The translations under genes were made by a program, and so were the position numbers. Below the pieces are notes generated by a model, which saw only the letters and a list, made by a program, of their open reading frames with translations, was not told the origin of the DNA and searched no databases. Positions 17,401-26,806 of a DNA stretch of 64,000 bases are shown in pieces. Origin of the DNA: Spirochaetia bacterium. Its GTDB lineage: Bacteria; Spirochaetota; Spirochaetia; SZUA-6; Bin103. Every line of letters begins with the position of its first letter. Position 1 is the stretch's first letter. The stretch spans positions 4,544,001 to 4,608,000 of the forward strand of contig CBDBDQ010000005.1 of assembly GCA_965203905.1 (NCBI GenBank), given 5' to 3'.

Positions 17401-19432
17401 TCTTCAGTTGATCACGTCGACCGCCAATTTGGACGAGGTCCGCAACCTGCTTGACCGTGCACTCGATCAGATGGGGTTGAGCCGCAGCCGCCGGAACGCG
17501 AAGTTTCTGATAGCACACCTGAAGGCGCTCAGCGGTCGGCTTGCCATTCGCCTCACGGGTCACCGCGCGGTGACATCTGAGCTGATCGCGATGGCCCTAT
17601 CCCACGCCAACTGCCGGCTTGCGCCTGCGAGCGATGATTGCTGGGTATCTCTCGAACATGGATTCTTCATCCCGATCGACGACGTATGCGACCTGCTGCC
17701 ACCCCTCTCGGTGGCCGGCGACCAGGACGATGAAGAATCGCACCGTGGTAGGCCTGATCTGATCTACGTTTCGCTCTCTGCTCCGCGCCGCAAGGTGCTC
17801 ACTTTCAGCTTTATCGAGGTTAAGTATCGCAGACACCTGCGCACGGCGCGGTCCGTAGAGGTTCTCGACAGCATCCGCAAACAGACCCACTCTGTGTGCG
17901 AGCGGTGGTTCCAATGGTACGACCGCGACGTGTGTTCCGCGTTTCGCGCGCTGCGGCGTGCGAAGTTGGCGCGCGTGTTGAGATTCTACGCCGACAAGGC
18001 CCACCGCCACGCCTTGCCGAATCAGCGGTATGAGGCGCTGGTATCTGAAATCGACCGCATGATCGAGCGTGGTGCGGAGTACAAATTCGCTCCCGAACAC
18101 GCCGAAACCCGTGGCTGGGTGTTCTGCCCGGAGTATGCCGGCGACAGCCCGCTGCAGATCTCCCCCGACGAGTGGGACACGCGCATATTCCTGTTTGGCC
18201 CAGGCCGACTGCCGGACTCCGACTTCGGCGACGGCGTGCCCTTCCGGCCGCCGCCGGCGCCCCAGCAGTCGACTTCCCGGCGGACGCCGGAACATGAAGG
18301 AGAGTCCAGTGCGACGGCTGGGTCGGAGAACACCGAGGCAACCCGTGAAGAGCGCCGCGCGTCGGCCTCGACTGCTGCGGAGTCTTCTGAGCCCTCCGTT
18401 TCCTTCGGCACGGATGCACGTACCAACCGAGACGTGCGTTGGCCGCTGAAGGTGCAGGGCAACCCTCACCTGCTGATCGCGGGATTACCAGGGATGGGCA
18501 AGACCACCTGCCTGCTCAACCTCTGCCGTCAAATGGCTGCATCTCAGGTGCGTCCGATTGTCTTCTCCTATCATCAGGACATCGACGAGAAGCTCGCGGA
18601 GTCGGTTTCGGACGTCCGGTTCGTCGACTTCGACGGCCTTGGATTCAATCCGCTGCAGGTGATACCAGGAGCGTCGCGGTTGGCTCACCTGGACGTTGCT
18701 GCGGATATCCGGGACATCTTCATGGCGATCTATCCCGAACTAGGAGATATTCAGGGAGAGCGCCTGCGGACCGCCGTCAAGGACAGCTTCGCGGAAGCGG
18801 GGTGGGGCCCGAATGGCGCCCCCGAAGGTACGTCAGAGCCTGTGTTCGCCCGTTTCGTGGAGATTCTGCGCTCAGATGCGAAGCCGGACAAAGGGTTGCG
18901 AACCCTGCGCGCCCGTCTCAACGAACTTGACGACTACGGATTCTTTCAGGTCCACCAATCTCACCATAGTCTGTGGGACCATGAGCAGCCTACCGTCATC
19001 CGTGTCCACACCACACAGAACGAGAACCTGCAGCGTGCGTTTGCGTCTCTGGTATTCTACGGCCTGTATAAAGACATGTTCCGGCGAGGCACACAGGATC
19101 GGATCACCCACGCGCTGATCTTCGACGAAGCACACCGCGCCGCGCGTTTGAGGCTGATCCCGACGATGGCCAAAGAGTGCCGCAAGTACGGTATCTCCCT
19201 CGTGCTGGCATCCCAGGAAGCACGCGACTTTCACGTATCCGTATTCTCGGCAATCGCGAATTATCTCGTACTGAGGCTGACCGCGACCGACGCTCGATTT
19301 CTGGTCAGGAACGTATCAAGTTCGCAGCAGGAACGGGCGCTGATCGACAGGATCAAGCAGATGGAGCGGTTCAAGGGACTGTTCTTCGTCGAGGGGAAAA
19401 CGCGTCCACATTCGGTGAACCTGTCGTCGTAG
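14435..19432 (+). CDS. DndH/Mad8-like large protein with PD-(D/E)XK nuclease and C-terminal HerA/FtsK-type ATPase
   Basis: RPDLIYV...FIEVKYR; PHLLIAGLPGMGKT (Walker A); IFDEAHR (Walker B); KECRKYGISLVLASQ. Confidence 0.85.
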   Translation: MPTVTWTALHGSLLARAFDKVLGHPQPGAVAFARCLTKEVVQQLAMDSAFDLDSWKVFRVAAVRSAERTITADRAVELRESKGDALLLLVDTVRAGAGMDGIYSAAREVDEATLFREARRLALATITKRHSTATRRYAEDALKAAIRTSGGRDALPPWTSFDFLCRIAAGEQSPGTYTHVLGLWPIRDSAESNHADDLRDARKFVDVLLGPAAASLAPAARIDALRLDGDSEQQRASLEHFLHEVDAKPLRTALEELAKPNQRHLWVGSLRTEGPALSIKSIELTPWRNAHGKIHRWSGLVDDGDVNDPPALILSADADQPGATLEVRWKVDPGDLERNAVDYRVQVVTGNLNEELAYKDVPHSARKTGEKWRFSGDDFALDEDAQVAAKVVVSVVGDEKVERRESEEFFIRFGDGPDPQTGGIGVRVRAFSEGVAALRSRDVVSEIAEAPQVAAGGRSYVTLRTPVEGRRRRSYRVLRSALVAEVERDWSAREGCVGRWVLKVRGSGEWARGPDFSPMDSSGAEWDRVEKASRRVAARFATTCGGVAQIYDERSKAHDIVKFYLRAWLALLRSGDPACAICNTVEVQSLSGRTIGLIVLPAHPLRMAWHAAYDNLVLHAAFEQSVRHSDLLRELAGLDGAMFPAFLPNPHGGAFVFADTLGFHAVGMVPDDDREPKAAVAMLARAVGGSDAADSAPSVGMQSAAVLGSEVVKYLDCHDTARLLRIHALRAGDGMTVARSLGTVQEHYQDGEEIEDDTDQLNTTAPVFSLDLYPSVAQQGITGRFIAEAREKRRSGAGVLAEQDRWMLQSVSLPGGVNQPRLRWARKDQQDPNTAAHVAIAFDTFESRVSPDPAVSRTARPLHAFGLLSFYERQYASLPAPQWVSAAPPGHGGEKHPSSRTHTDTLLRLQHAIQQAVSSHLGITGFPVLRTEISVEMADSLDKLHRLCDWVVTLDRNAGVEYFDSPRDNPTVYDAYMIDCVPERDDLGCLQLITSTANLDEVRNLLDRALDQMGLSRSRRNAKFLIAHLKALSGRLAIRLTGHRAVTSELIAMALSHANCRLAPASDDCWVSLEHGFFIPIDDVCDLLPPLSVAGDQDDEESHRGRPDLIYVSLSAPRRKVLTFSFIEVKYRRHLRTARSVEVLDSIRKQTHSVCERWFQWYDRDVCSAFRALRRAKLARVLRFYADKAHRHALPNQRYEALVSEIDRMIERGAEYKFAPEHAETRGWVFCPEYAGDSPLQISPDEWDTRIFLFGPGRLPDSDFGDGVPFRPPPAPQQSTSRRTPEHEGESSATAGSENTEATREERRASASTAAESSEPSVSFGTDARTNRDVRWPLKVQGNPHLLIAGLPGMGKTTCLLNLCRQMAASQVRPIVFSYHQDIDEKLAESVSDVRFVDFDGLGFNPLQVIPGASRLAHLDVAADIRDIFMAIYPELGDIQGERLRTAVKDSFAEAGWGPNGAPEGTSEPVFARFVEILRSDAKPDKGLRTLRARLNELDDYGFFQVHQSHHSLWDHEQPTVIRVHTTQNENLQRAFASLVFYGLYKDMFRRGTQDRITHALIFDEAHRAARLRLIPTMAKECRKYGISLVLASQEARDFHVSVFSAIANYLVLRLTATDARFLVRNVSSSQQERALIDRIKQMERFKGLFFVEGKTRPHSVNLSS

Positions 19433-19433
19433 C

Positions 19434-19625
19434 TTGGAGGAGATTGAGGTGCCATCACTAACGCTGGAGCAGGAGCATGCGTTGCTCGCACCTGGGCGTA
19501 CGCGGGAGCAGTTGCGTGAAAAGGAGAAAGCCGTCACTGCCGTAAACCTGTGTCGGACCGGATCGATGTCGCTGGACGCCGCCGCCGAGTTTGCTGACGT
19601 GCCAAATTCTGGTTGTTGGAATTGA
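19434..19625 (+). pseudogene. Possible UPF0175-like antitoxin remnant
   Basis: AVNLCRTGSMSLDAAAEFADV resembles the UPF0175 HTH; ORF ends early. Confidence 0.35.
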
Positions 19626-19666
19626 TCGCGGAGGACCGGTCCGAACCTCCGCTTTAAAAAGAGGAG

Positions 19667-19966
19667 TTGGGGAGAGATGCAGAGCGCTACATCTCCGTAG
19701 ATCCGGGCATCCTCTCGGGTACGCCTTGTCTGAAGGGGACTCGCGTGCCTGCCCACTATATCGCGGACATGGTCGCGAATGGGGACAGCGTGATCGAGAT
19801 CATCGCTGCGTATCCCTACCTTACGGAAGGTCAGGTCCATGCTGCAGTCGCCTATACACGCGCGTTTCCTCGGCTGGCGAGGCCCGAAAGGGAACCAGCT
19901 TGGCGGCGGCAACAGCCGATCGAATCGAGTGAGATCCCGCTGGATGATCTATTTCCGTCTTCGTGA
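19667..19966 (+). CDS. DUF433 antitoxin
   Basis: ISVDPGILSGTPCLKGTRVP...IIAAYPYLT..QVHAAVAY. Confidence 0.9.
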   Translation: MGRDAERYISVDPGILSGTPCLKGTRVPAHYIADMVANGDSVIEIIAAYPYLTEGQVHAAVAYTRAFPRLARPEREPAWRRQQPIESSEIPLDDLFPSS

Positions 19967-20195
19967 AGCTGTTGATCGATGAGCGTCTGAGTCCAGATTC
20001 GGCACGGATCGCATGGTACGCTGGAATAGTTTGCTCACATGTCAGGTGGCTGGGTCTGCAGTCGGCGCAAGACTGGCAGCTTGTGCAACGCGCGGTCAGC
20101 GACGATTGGGTGTTCGTAACGAACAACACCGCCTTCGGCCCGACCGCTTGGTGATGCGCACGAGACCGCCGCGTGGCATCCACCGCCGGCTGTGA
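19963..20195 (+). pseudogene. DUF5615 PIN-like toxin, frameshifted and truncated
   Basis: MKLLIDERLSP...HVRWLGL..AQD...WVFVTNN, then an early stop; LVMRTRPPRGI continues in another frame. Confidence 0.75.
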
Positions 20196-20273
20196 CGGTT
20201 CCATCTGTCTCCTGCCGTGTCTCGATCGGAACGTGATTACGGAACGATGACAGCGGCGTCACGTCCTGCGACA

Positions 20274-21877
20274 ATGATGCCCGTGCGCAAGTTCAACACT
20301 GAAGGCCCAATCCGCGCGGACCGGCACTATCACATTCCGCCGCTGACGCGGCTCGATCTCGACGACGTCCTCGGCCTCATCCGCCACGAGAAGTACTTCG
20401 TGCTGTACGCGCCACGGCAGACCGGCAAGACCTCGGCGCTGCTGGCCCTGCGCGACCTGCTCAACTCAGGGCAGGCGGGCGAATTCCGCTGCGTGTGCGC
20501 CAACGTCGAGGCCGCACAGGCGATGCGGGAGAACATCGGCGAGGGAATCCGCACCGTCCTCGCCGAACTTGCGTTTCGGGCCAGCGTGACGCTACACGAC
20601 GAGACGCTGGAGAACCTCTGGCCCGCGCTGCTGGAGCGCGTCGGGCCGGGGCAGGCGCTGCGCCAGGCGCTGGCGCGTTGGAGCATGGCGGACCCGCGCC
20701 CGTTGGTGCTGCTGATCGACGAGATCGACGCGTTGATCGGCGACACGCTGCTGTCGGTGCTGCTGCAGCTTCGCACCGGCTACGACCAGCGTCCGGACGC
20801 CTTCCCGCACAGCATTATTCTGTGCGGGGTGCGCGACGTGTGCGACTATCGCATCCACTCCAGCGCCGAGAACCGAATGGTGCTCGGTGGCAGTGCATTC
20901 AACATCAAGTCCAAGTCGCTTCGGCTCGGCGACTTCTCCGAACAGGAGATACGCTCGCTGACCACGCAGCACACCGAACAGACCGGGCAGGCGTTCACGC
21001 CGGAAGCGCTGGGCCTGATCTGGACGCGCAGCGCCGGCCAGCCGTGGCTGGTGAACGCGCTGTGCCGGGAGTCATGCTACGACAGCGTCGCCGGCCGCGA
21101 CCGATCGCGGCCCCGATTTCGGCCGATGCCATCCTGGAGGCGCAGGAGCGGCTGATTCTGCGTCGGGACACGCACGTCGACGACCTCGCCAACAAGCTGC
21201 GCGAAGAGCGTGTGCGGCGCGTGATAGGGCCGATCCTCGCCGGCGCCGGCCGGCAGGCGTGGTCGGAGGAAGACATCGCCTACGTCCGCGACCTGGGGCT
21301 GGTCACGCAGGACGTGGGCGGGCGGTCACGCATCGCCAACCCGATCTACGAGGAGCTGGTCCCGCGCCACCTGAACTACGCGGTGCAGGCGGGGCTGCCG
21401 CAGGAGATGGCGTGGTACGTGGACCGCGCCGGCAACCTAGACGTGGTGGGCCTGATCGCGGCGTTCCAGACCTTCTTCCGGGAGCACTCCGAGCACTGGG
21501 TGCAGCGCTTCGAGCGCTACCAGGAGGCCGGCCCGCAGTTGCTGCTGCAGGCGCATCTGCAGCGCGTCGTCAACGGCGGAGGGGGGATCGAGCGGGAGTA
21601 TGCGCTCGGGCGCGGGCGCACGGACCTGCTGATCGTGTGGCCGCAGGGCGGGCTCCAGCGGCGCTGGGTGGTGGAGTGCAAGGTGCGGCACGGGGACCTG
21701 GAGCGGACCATCGCGGATGGGCTGGAGCAGACGCGTGCCTACCTGGATCGATGCGGCGCGGAGGCGGGCCACCTGATCGTGTTCGACCGATCGCAGGAGC
21801 GGAGCTGGGAGGAGAAGATCTTCCGCCGTGACCCGCCGCCCGGCGGAGCCGTTCCGGTCACCGTCTGGGGCATGTGA
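20274..21877 (+). pseudogene. AAA-family ATPase with C-terminal PD-(D/E)XK domain, frameshift near 21112
   Basis: FNTEGP, APRQTGKTS, LLIDEID in one frame; ISADAILEAQERLILRRDTH...EREYALGRGRTDL...VVECK in another; shift at a CCCC run (real or sequencing error). Confidence 0.8.
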
Positions 21878-21938
21878 CCCCGGCGCCCGACACGCGGCTC
21901 CGCGGTCCGCAGCGGCCGGGATGCGACCGTGCCGGAAC

Positions 21939-23147
21939 TCAGTCGCGGAAGGGGTCGAACTCGTCGGGGCCGGCCATGGCGACGCCGAGGGGCGTGAGGG
22001 TGTGGAGGATGCGGATGCTGCCGGCGTGGAATCCGAGCACCTCTTCGATGCGCTTGTAGCAGTGCGGTGACTCGTCGGTGCCGGCGCCGCGCAGCTCGAC
22101 GCCGGCGCGCTGCAGCCAATCCTGCATCATTTCGCGGCTGACTTCGCCTTCGCTGATCTGCTCTACGCGGTCGCGCCTGCGACGGCGCTTGCCGGCCGCG
22201 CGGCGGCGTGACATCACCCGCCCGGCGCCGTGCACCGTGGAGCGCAGGGTGAGGCGGCTCTCCTCGCTGTCGATGCCCTCCACGATCACCGAGATGTCGC
22301 CCATGGAGCCGCCGATGAAGCCGCGCTGGCCGGGGAAGGCCGGCGTGGCGCCCTTGCGCACCACCCACAGGTCGCGGCCCAGGTGGTGCTCGCGCCAGGC
22401 GAAGTTGTGGTGGTTGTGCACCTCGTCCAGGACCGTGGCGCCGAGCAGACGGGCGACGCGGGCGCAGACCCAGTCGCGGCCGGCGTAGGCGTAGCGGCCG
22501 GCGAGCTGCATGCACGCCAGGTAGCGCCGTCCCAGGTCGCTGTCGGTGGCCAGCAGCACCGGATCGACGTGGATGCCGTCGCGCCCGCCGCCGGCGCGGA
22601 TGAAGTAGCTGGCCAGCTTGTGGCCCAGTCCGCGGGAGCCGAAGTGCACCCCTACCCAGACCCGGTCCGCCTCGTCGGCGAACAGGTCGACGTAGTGGTT
22701 GCCGGAGCCGATGGTGCCGAGTTGGGCGCGCGCCATGTCGCGGTGCTGCGCGGCTTCCGACAGGTCCCATGCGGGATCGTCGGCGAACAGCTCGTGCTCC
22801 ACCGGCTCCGGGTTCTTGCGGCCGATGCCGAACGAGAGGGTGCGCCACAGGTCGTCCATGATCGGACCGATGTGACGGCGCACCTCGGCGGCCTCGGCGT
22901 CGAGCAATATCGCCTTGTTGCCACAGGAAATATCGAATCCGACGCCGGATGGGCTGAGGTGCTCGGCATAGGCGATCACACCGCCCACCGGGACCGCGTA
23001 GCCGAGGTGGTGGTCGGCCATCAGGGCGGCGTAGTCGGCGCGCTCCCGGCAGCGCTGCATCTGCTCCACGGCGCCGGCGACCGGGACGCCCCACACCGGC
23101 AGCGAGTCGATCACCTGGTGAGACGGCTTCGACGGCCGCTCCGCCAT
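21939..23147 (-). CDS. rtcB: RtcB family RNA ligase
   Basis: DHHLGY, GFDISCG, GTIGSGNHY, HFGSRGLG, HNHHNF, RKGATPA, STVHGAGR, DESPHCYK. Confidence 0.92.
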   Translation of the reverse strand: MAERPSKPSHQVIDSLPVWGVPVAGAVEQMQRCRERADYAALMADHHLGYAVPVGGVIAYAEHLSPSGVGFDISCGNKAILLDAEAAEVRRHIGPIMDDLWRTLSFGIGRKNPEPVEHELFADDPAWDLSEAAQHRDMARAQLGTIGSGNHYVDLFADEADRVWVGVHFGSRGLGHKLASYFIRAGGGRDGIHVDPVLLATDSDLGRRYLACMQLAGRYAYAGRDWVCARVARLLGATVLDEVHNHHNFAWREHHLGRDLWVVRKGATPAFPGQRGFIGGSMGDISVIVEGIDSEESRLTLRSTVHGAGRVMSRRRAAGKRRRRRDRVEQISEGEVSREMMQDWLQRAGVELRGAGTDESPHCYKRIEEVLGFHAGSIRILHTLTPLGVAMAGPDEFDPFRD

Positions 23148-23148
23148 C

Positions 23149-24210
23149 TCAGGGCGCATCGCCGGACGGACAGACGGCCACCTTGATGGCGCCGCCGACA
23201 CGGCCGGTGAAGGTGCTCAGCGCCTGCCCGAAGTCGGCCAGGGCGAAGCGGTGGGTGAACAGCGGCGCGATGTCGACGCGTCCGTTGATGACCAGGGACA
23301 GCGCCTCCTCGGCGGTGTTGGGATTGGCGCGGCCGCCGCGGATTTCAACCTCGTCGAGCACCAGGCGGCGCACCGGCACCGCGGCGTCCTCCGCCGGCAG
23401 GCCGATCGCCGAGATGAAGCCGCCCTTGGCGGCCAGCTCGCAGGCCTGCCGGAATGCCGTGGTGGTGCCGGCGCACTCCACCACGTGCGGCGCGCCCAAC
23501 CCGCCGGTCAGGCGGCGCACTTCCGCGACCACGTCGGCGGCGCGGTAGTCGATGCCGATGGCGCCCAGCTCGCGGGCACGTGCCAGCCGTTCGCCGCTGC
23601 CGGCGGCGATGATCCGTCCGGCACCCAGGGCAGCCGCGCACAGGATCGCCATCAGTCCCTGCGGGCCGGTGCCGAGGATGACGATGTCGGCGCCCGGCTC
23701 CAGGCGCGTGCGCTTGACGGTGTAGAGGGCAATCGACAGCGGATCGATCACGGCGGCCTCGGCCAGCGCGAGCTGGTCGGGGATGCGGTAGACGCTCTTC
23801 ACGCTGGCGGCCACGTACTCCGCGTAGCCGCCGGCGGTGTAGTGCCCGTACTGGCGGTGGCCGACCGCCTCGTTGCCGTAGTTCAGGCACAGGTTGTAGC
23901 GTCCGGTCAGGCACATGCGGCAGTAACCGCATCCGCAGTGAGAGGTGGCGCACACCCGGTCGCCGGCGCGCCAGCCGAGCCCGGCCGCGACCGGCCCCGC
24001 CTCGACCACGGTGCCGGACCACTCGTGACCGGGCACGAACGGGTAGGACCCGGGCCAGAAGCCGGGGAAGTCGCCGGCGATGATGTGCGGATCGGTGCCG
24101 CAGATGTAGGTCGTGTCGACCCGCACCAGCACGTCATCGCGGCCAATCTCGGGCAGCGCCACGTTCCGCACCGAGAACTCGTTGGGAGCGGTAAGCACCA
24201 GCGCCTGCAC
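23149..24210 (-). CDS. Zn-dependent alcohol/polyol dehydrogenase (MDR)
   Basis: ICGTD, GHEWSG, CGYCRMC...C, GTGPQG. Confidence 0.92.
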   Translation of the reverse strand: MQALVLTAPNEFSVRNVALPEIGRDDVLVRVDTTYICGTDPHIIAGDFPGFWPGSYPFVPGHEWSGTVVEAGPVAAGLGWRAGDRVCATSHCGCGYCRMCLTGRYNLCLNYGNEAVGHRQYGHYTAGGYAEYVAASVKSVYRIPDQLALAEAAVIDPLSIALYTVKRTRLEPGADIVILGTGPQGLMAILCAAALGAGRIIAAGSGERLARARELGAIGIDYRAADVVAEVRRLTGGLGAPHVVECAGTTTAFRQACELAAKGGFISAIGLPAEDAAVPVRRLVLDEVEIRGGRANPNTAEEALSLVINGRVDIAPLFTHRFALADFGQALSTFTGRVGGAIKVAVCPSGDAP

Positions 24211-24213
24211 GGG

Positions 24214-25038
24214 CTAGTCCTCGGTGATCGCCACGGCCCGGATCGGCGAGCCGGCGCCGTTCCTGATCTTCAGCGGCAGGCCGATGAAGGTGAAGCTGCG
24301 CTTGGGGATGCGGTGCACGTTGGCCAGGTTCTCCATGTTCAGGATACCGCGCTGGCGGCACATCATGTGCGCCGGCTGCACGCGGCGCACTGCCACCTCG
24401 TGGTGGGAGTCGACGCTCGGGGCGTCGGCGCCGAACGCCACCACGCCGGAATCGGCCAGAAAGTGGCTCGCCTGTTCGTCCAGGCCGGGGTAGCCGGCGA
24501 TGTAGGCGTAGGGGTCTCCTGACCACTTGTCGCTCCAGCCGGTGGCGTACAGCAGCGCCGAGCCCTGCCTGATCTCCAGCTTGTGCTCAGCGATCTGCCG
24601 CTCCAGGTCGGCGCGGGTGATGTAGGAGTTGGGCTCCTTGGCGCGGAAGTCGAGCCAGATTCCCGGTGCGATGTGCCACTGCAGGGGGCTCCGGTCGATC
24701 GGCCGGGCGCCCTGCTCGGGCACGATGTGGCTGATCGAGTCGCAGTGGGTGGAGGTGTGGCCGCACAGGGTGAACGCCACCACCTCGTAGGAGTAGGGCG
24801 GCTCGGTGAGCCCGAACTGCTGTACGTCCTGGTGCGACAGGTGCTGCCACATCACCGTGCGCTGGTGGCCCTTGAAGGTGGGGTTGCTCGGCGCGATCTC
24901 GTGGCTCAGGTCGGTGACCGTGCAGCGTTTGCCGAGCAACTCGATGCTGGCGTGGAGCGCCGGCTGCGGGCAGGGCACCATGTCGGGGTAGCGCTCGCGT
25001 ACCCGCCGCTCGTCCGCGGCCGTCCAGTCCGCACGCAT
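24214..25038 (-). CDS. Cyclase family metal-dependent hydrolase (kynurenine formamidase-like)
   Basis: HTSTHCDSISH, GADAPSVD, ENL, GSPIRAVA. Confidence 0.88.
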   Translation of the reverse strand: MRADWTAADERRVRERYPDMVPCPQPALHASIELLGKRCTVTDLSHEIAPSNPTFKGHQRTVMWQHLSHQDVQQFGLTEPPYSYEVVAFTLCGHTSTHCDSISHIVPEQGARPIDRSPLQWHIAPGIWLDFRAKEPNSYITRADLERQIAEHKLEIRQGSALLYATGWSDKWSGDPYAYIAGYPGLDEQASHFLADSGVVAFGADAPSVDSHHEVAVRRVQPAHMMCRQRGILNMENLANVHRIPKRSFTFIGLPLKIRNGAGSPIRAVAITED

Positions 25039-25117
25039 CTGCGCGGGCCCGCTCAGCGCGGCGCCGGCGCCGGTGTCCGCGGGCGCCCGCCGTGTCGAGA
25101 AGCAATCATTCGCGGCC

Positions 25118-25873
25118 CTACCGGACGGTGTGGCCGCCGTCCACCACCAGCACGGCGCCGGTGACGAAGCGCGCCTCATCGGAGGCCAGGAACAGCACAC
25201 AGTTGGCAACGTCGACCGGTTGCCCCAGATCCTTGATCAGGTAGGTCTCCCGCATCGGCTCCAGCACCTCGGGATGGTCCAGCAGCCCGGCCGTCATGCC
25301 GGTGTAGACGAAGCCGGGCGCCACCGCGTTCACCCGCACCCCGTGATCGGCGAGGTCGGCCGCCATCACCCGCGTCAGGCCGGGGATCGCGCTCTTCGAG
25401 GTGACGTAGGTGGTGAGGCCGCCGAGCGCGATGTAGGAAAGGTCGGAGGCGGTGTTGACGATCGCGCCGGAGCCGGCGCCGCGCATCACCCTGGCGACGT
25501 GCTTGCCGACCAGGATCATGCCCTTGACGTTGATCGACAGCGCCTCGTCGATGGTGGCCTCGTCGATGTCGAAGATGGAGGCGTCGTTGGCCGGCAGCAG
25601 CCCGGCGTGGTTGTGCAGCACGTCGATCGGCCCGAGCTCCTCCACGGCCTGGGCCACGGCGCGCTGCACCTGCGCCTCGTCGGTCACGTCGGCGGTGAAC
25701 GCCAGCGCGGTGCCCCCGCCCGCGCCGATCGCGTGCGCGGTTTCCTCGGCGCCCGGACCGTTGGCGTCCACCACCGCCACCTTGGCCCCCTCACGGGCGA
25801 ACAGCTCGCAACTCGCCTTGCCGATCCCGGAGGCTCCCCCGGTTACCAGGGCACACTTCCCTTCCAGTTTCAT
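25118..25873 (-). CDS. Short-chain dehydrogenase/reductase
   Basis: TGGASGIG, YVTSK, RVNAVAPG, VDGG. Confidence 0.92.
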   Translation of the reverse strand: MKLEGKCALVTGGASGIGKASCELFAREGAKVAVVDANGPGAEETAHAIGAGGGTALAFTADVTDEAQVQRAVAQAVEELGPIDVLHNHAGLLPANDASIFDIDEATIDEALSINVKGMILVGKHVARVMRGAGSGAIVNTASDLSYIALGGLTTYVTSKSAIPGLTRVMAADLADHGVRVNAVAPGFVYTGMTAGLLDHPEVLEPMRETYLIKDLGQPVDVANCVLFLASDEARFVTGAVLVVDGGHTVR

Positions 25874-26012
25874 AGCTCGGCAGTGTAAGCACGGTGTGCA
25901 CGACGCACAACGTCTGCCGCACGCCGTGCGTGGCATCGACGGGGAACTCTCGTGTGGCGCTTGGAGACGGTAGGGCCGGCTGCCCCGGCTGCCCCTCTTC
26001 GCACTCCGTTCC

Positions 26013-26250
26013 CTACGAATCCGCCGTCACGGGTCCGTTCCTTACGGCCAACCCGAATGCTCGAAAGCTCGGGCTTCGGCCCTCAATCGTGTGCGGGTCG
26101 AGTTGCTCGGCGATTTCCGCCGACAGCCGCGCGGTATACACGATCTGGTCGCGCCTGAGCAGGTTCTTCAGGTGCTCCTTGGGCCGGATTATTTCGTCAG
26201 GTCGCGATGTGTCTACGTGACCCTGTGACCTGCCGCCAAGATGTCTCCTG
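26013..26250 (-). pseudogene. DUF4276-like (TOPRIM) protein, 3' remnant
   Basis: Manual translation HVDTSRPDEIIRPKEHLKNLLRRDQIVYTARLSAEIAEQLDPHTIEGRSPSFRAF...stop; not in the ORF track; same strand as the truncated AAA ATPase at 33899-34656. Confidence 0.6.
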
Positions 26251-26771
26251 GGGGACGCGATTGTCGGACTATCTGAGCGTCGGCGTCATCGCGCAGGTGT
26301 TTCCGTTGTCGGCGGTACGGGCAGCGTTGGATGAGACCGGTCGGCGCAGCCGGCGGCAGCGGTCGTTGCCGGCCGAGGTGATGATCTATTACGTCATCAC
26401 GATGGCACTGTTTCGGTCGGTAGCGGCACGGGAGGTGTTGCGCTGTCTGGTGGATGGGTTGCGTTGGCTGGCGCCGATCATGGCGGTGCGAGTGTCGGGC
26501 AAGTCGTCGATCTCGCGGGCTCGGAGCCGGCTGGGCACGGCGCCATTCGCGGCGTTGTGCCGCGCGCGCGTGGGGGTGGTAGCGGAACGCGAGACGCGCG
26601 GGGCGTGGTACCGTGGCCGGTGCCTGATAGCGTTCGACGGATCGACGCTGGACGTACCGGACGAAGCCGAGAACCGGGATGCCTTCGGGCTACCGGGCAC
26701 TGGGCGGGGACAAGCGGCGTTTCCGCAGGTACGGCTGACCGCGATGGTGGAGGTGGGCACGCGGGCGGCCT
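26250..26771 (+). mobile_element. IS4-family transposase, 5' fragment
   Basis: RLSDYLSVGVIAQVFP...SISRARSRLG...AFDGSTLDVPD...AFPQVR; breaks at an abrupt GC drop; left end absent. Confidence 0.85.
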
Positions 26772-26806
26772 CTTGACTCCTTGAGAATCAAGGCACACCA
26801 TATGCC

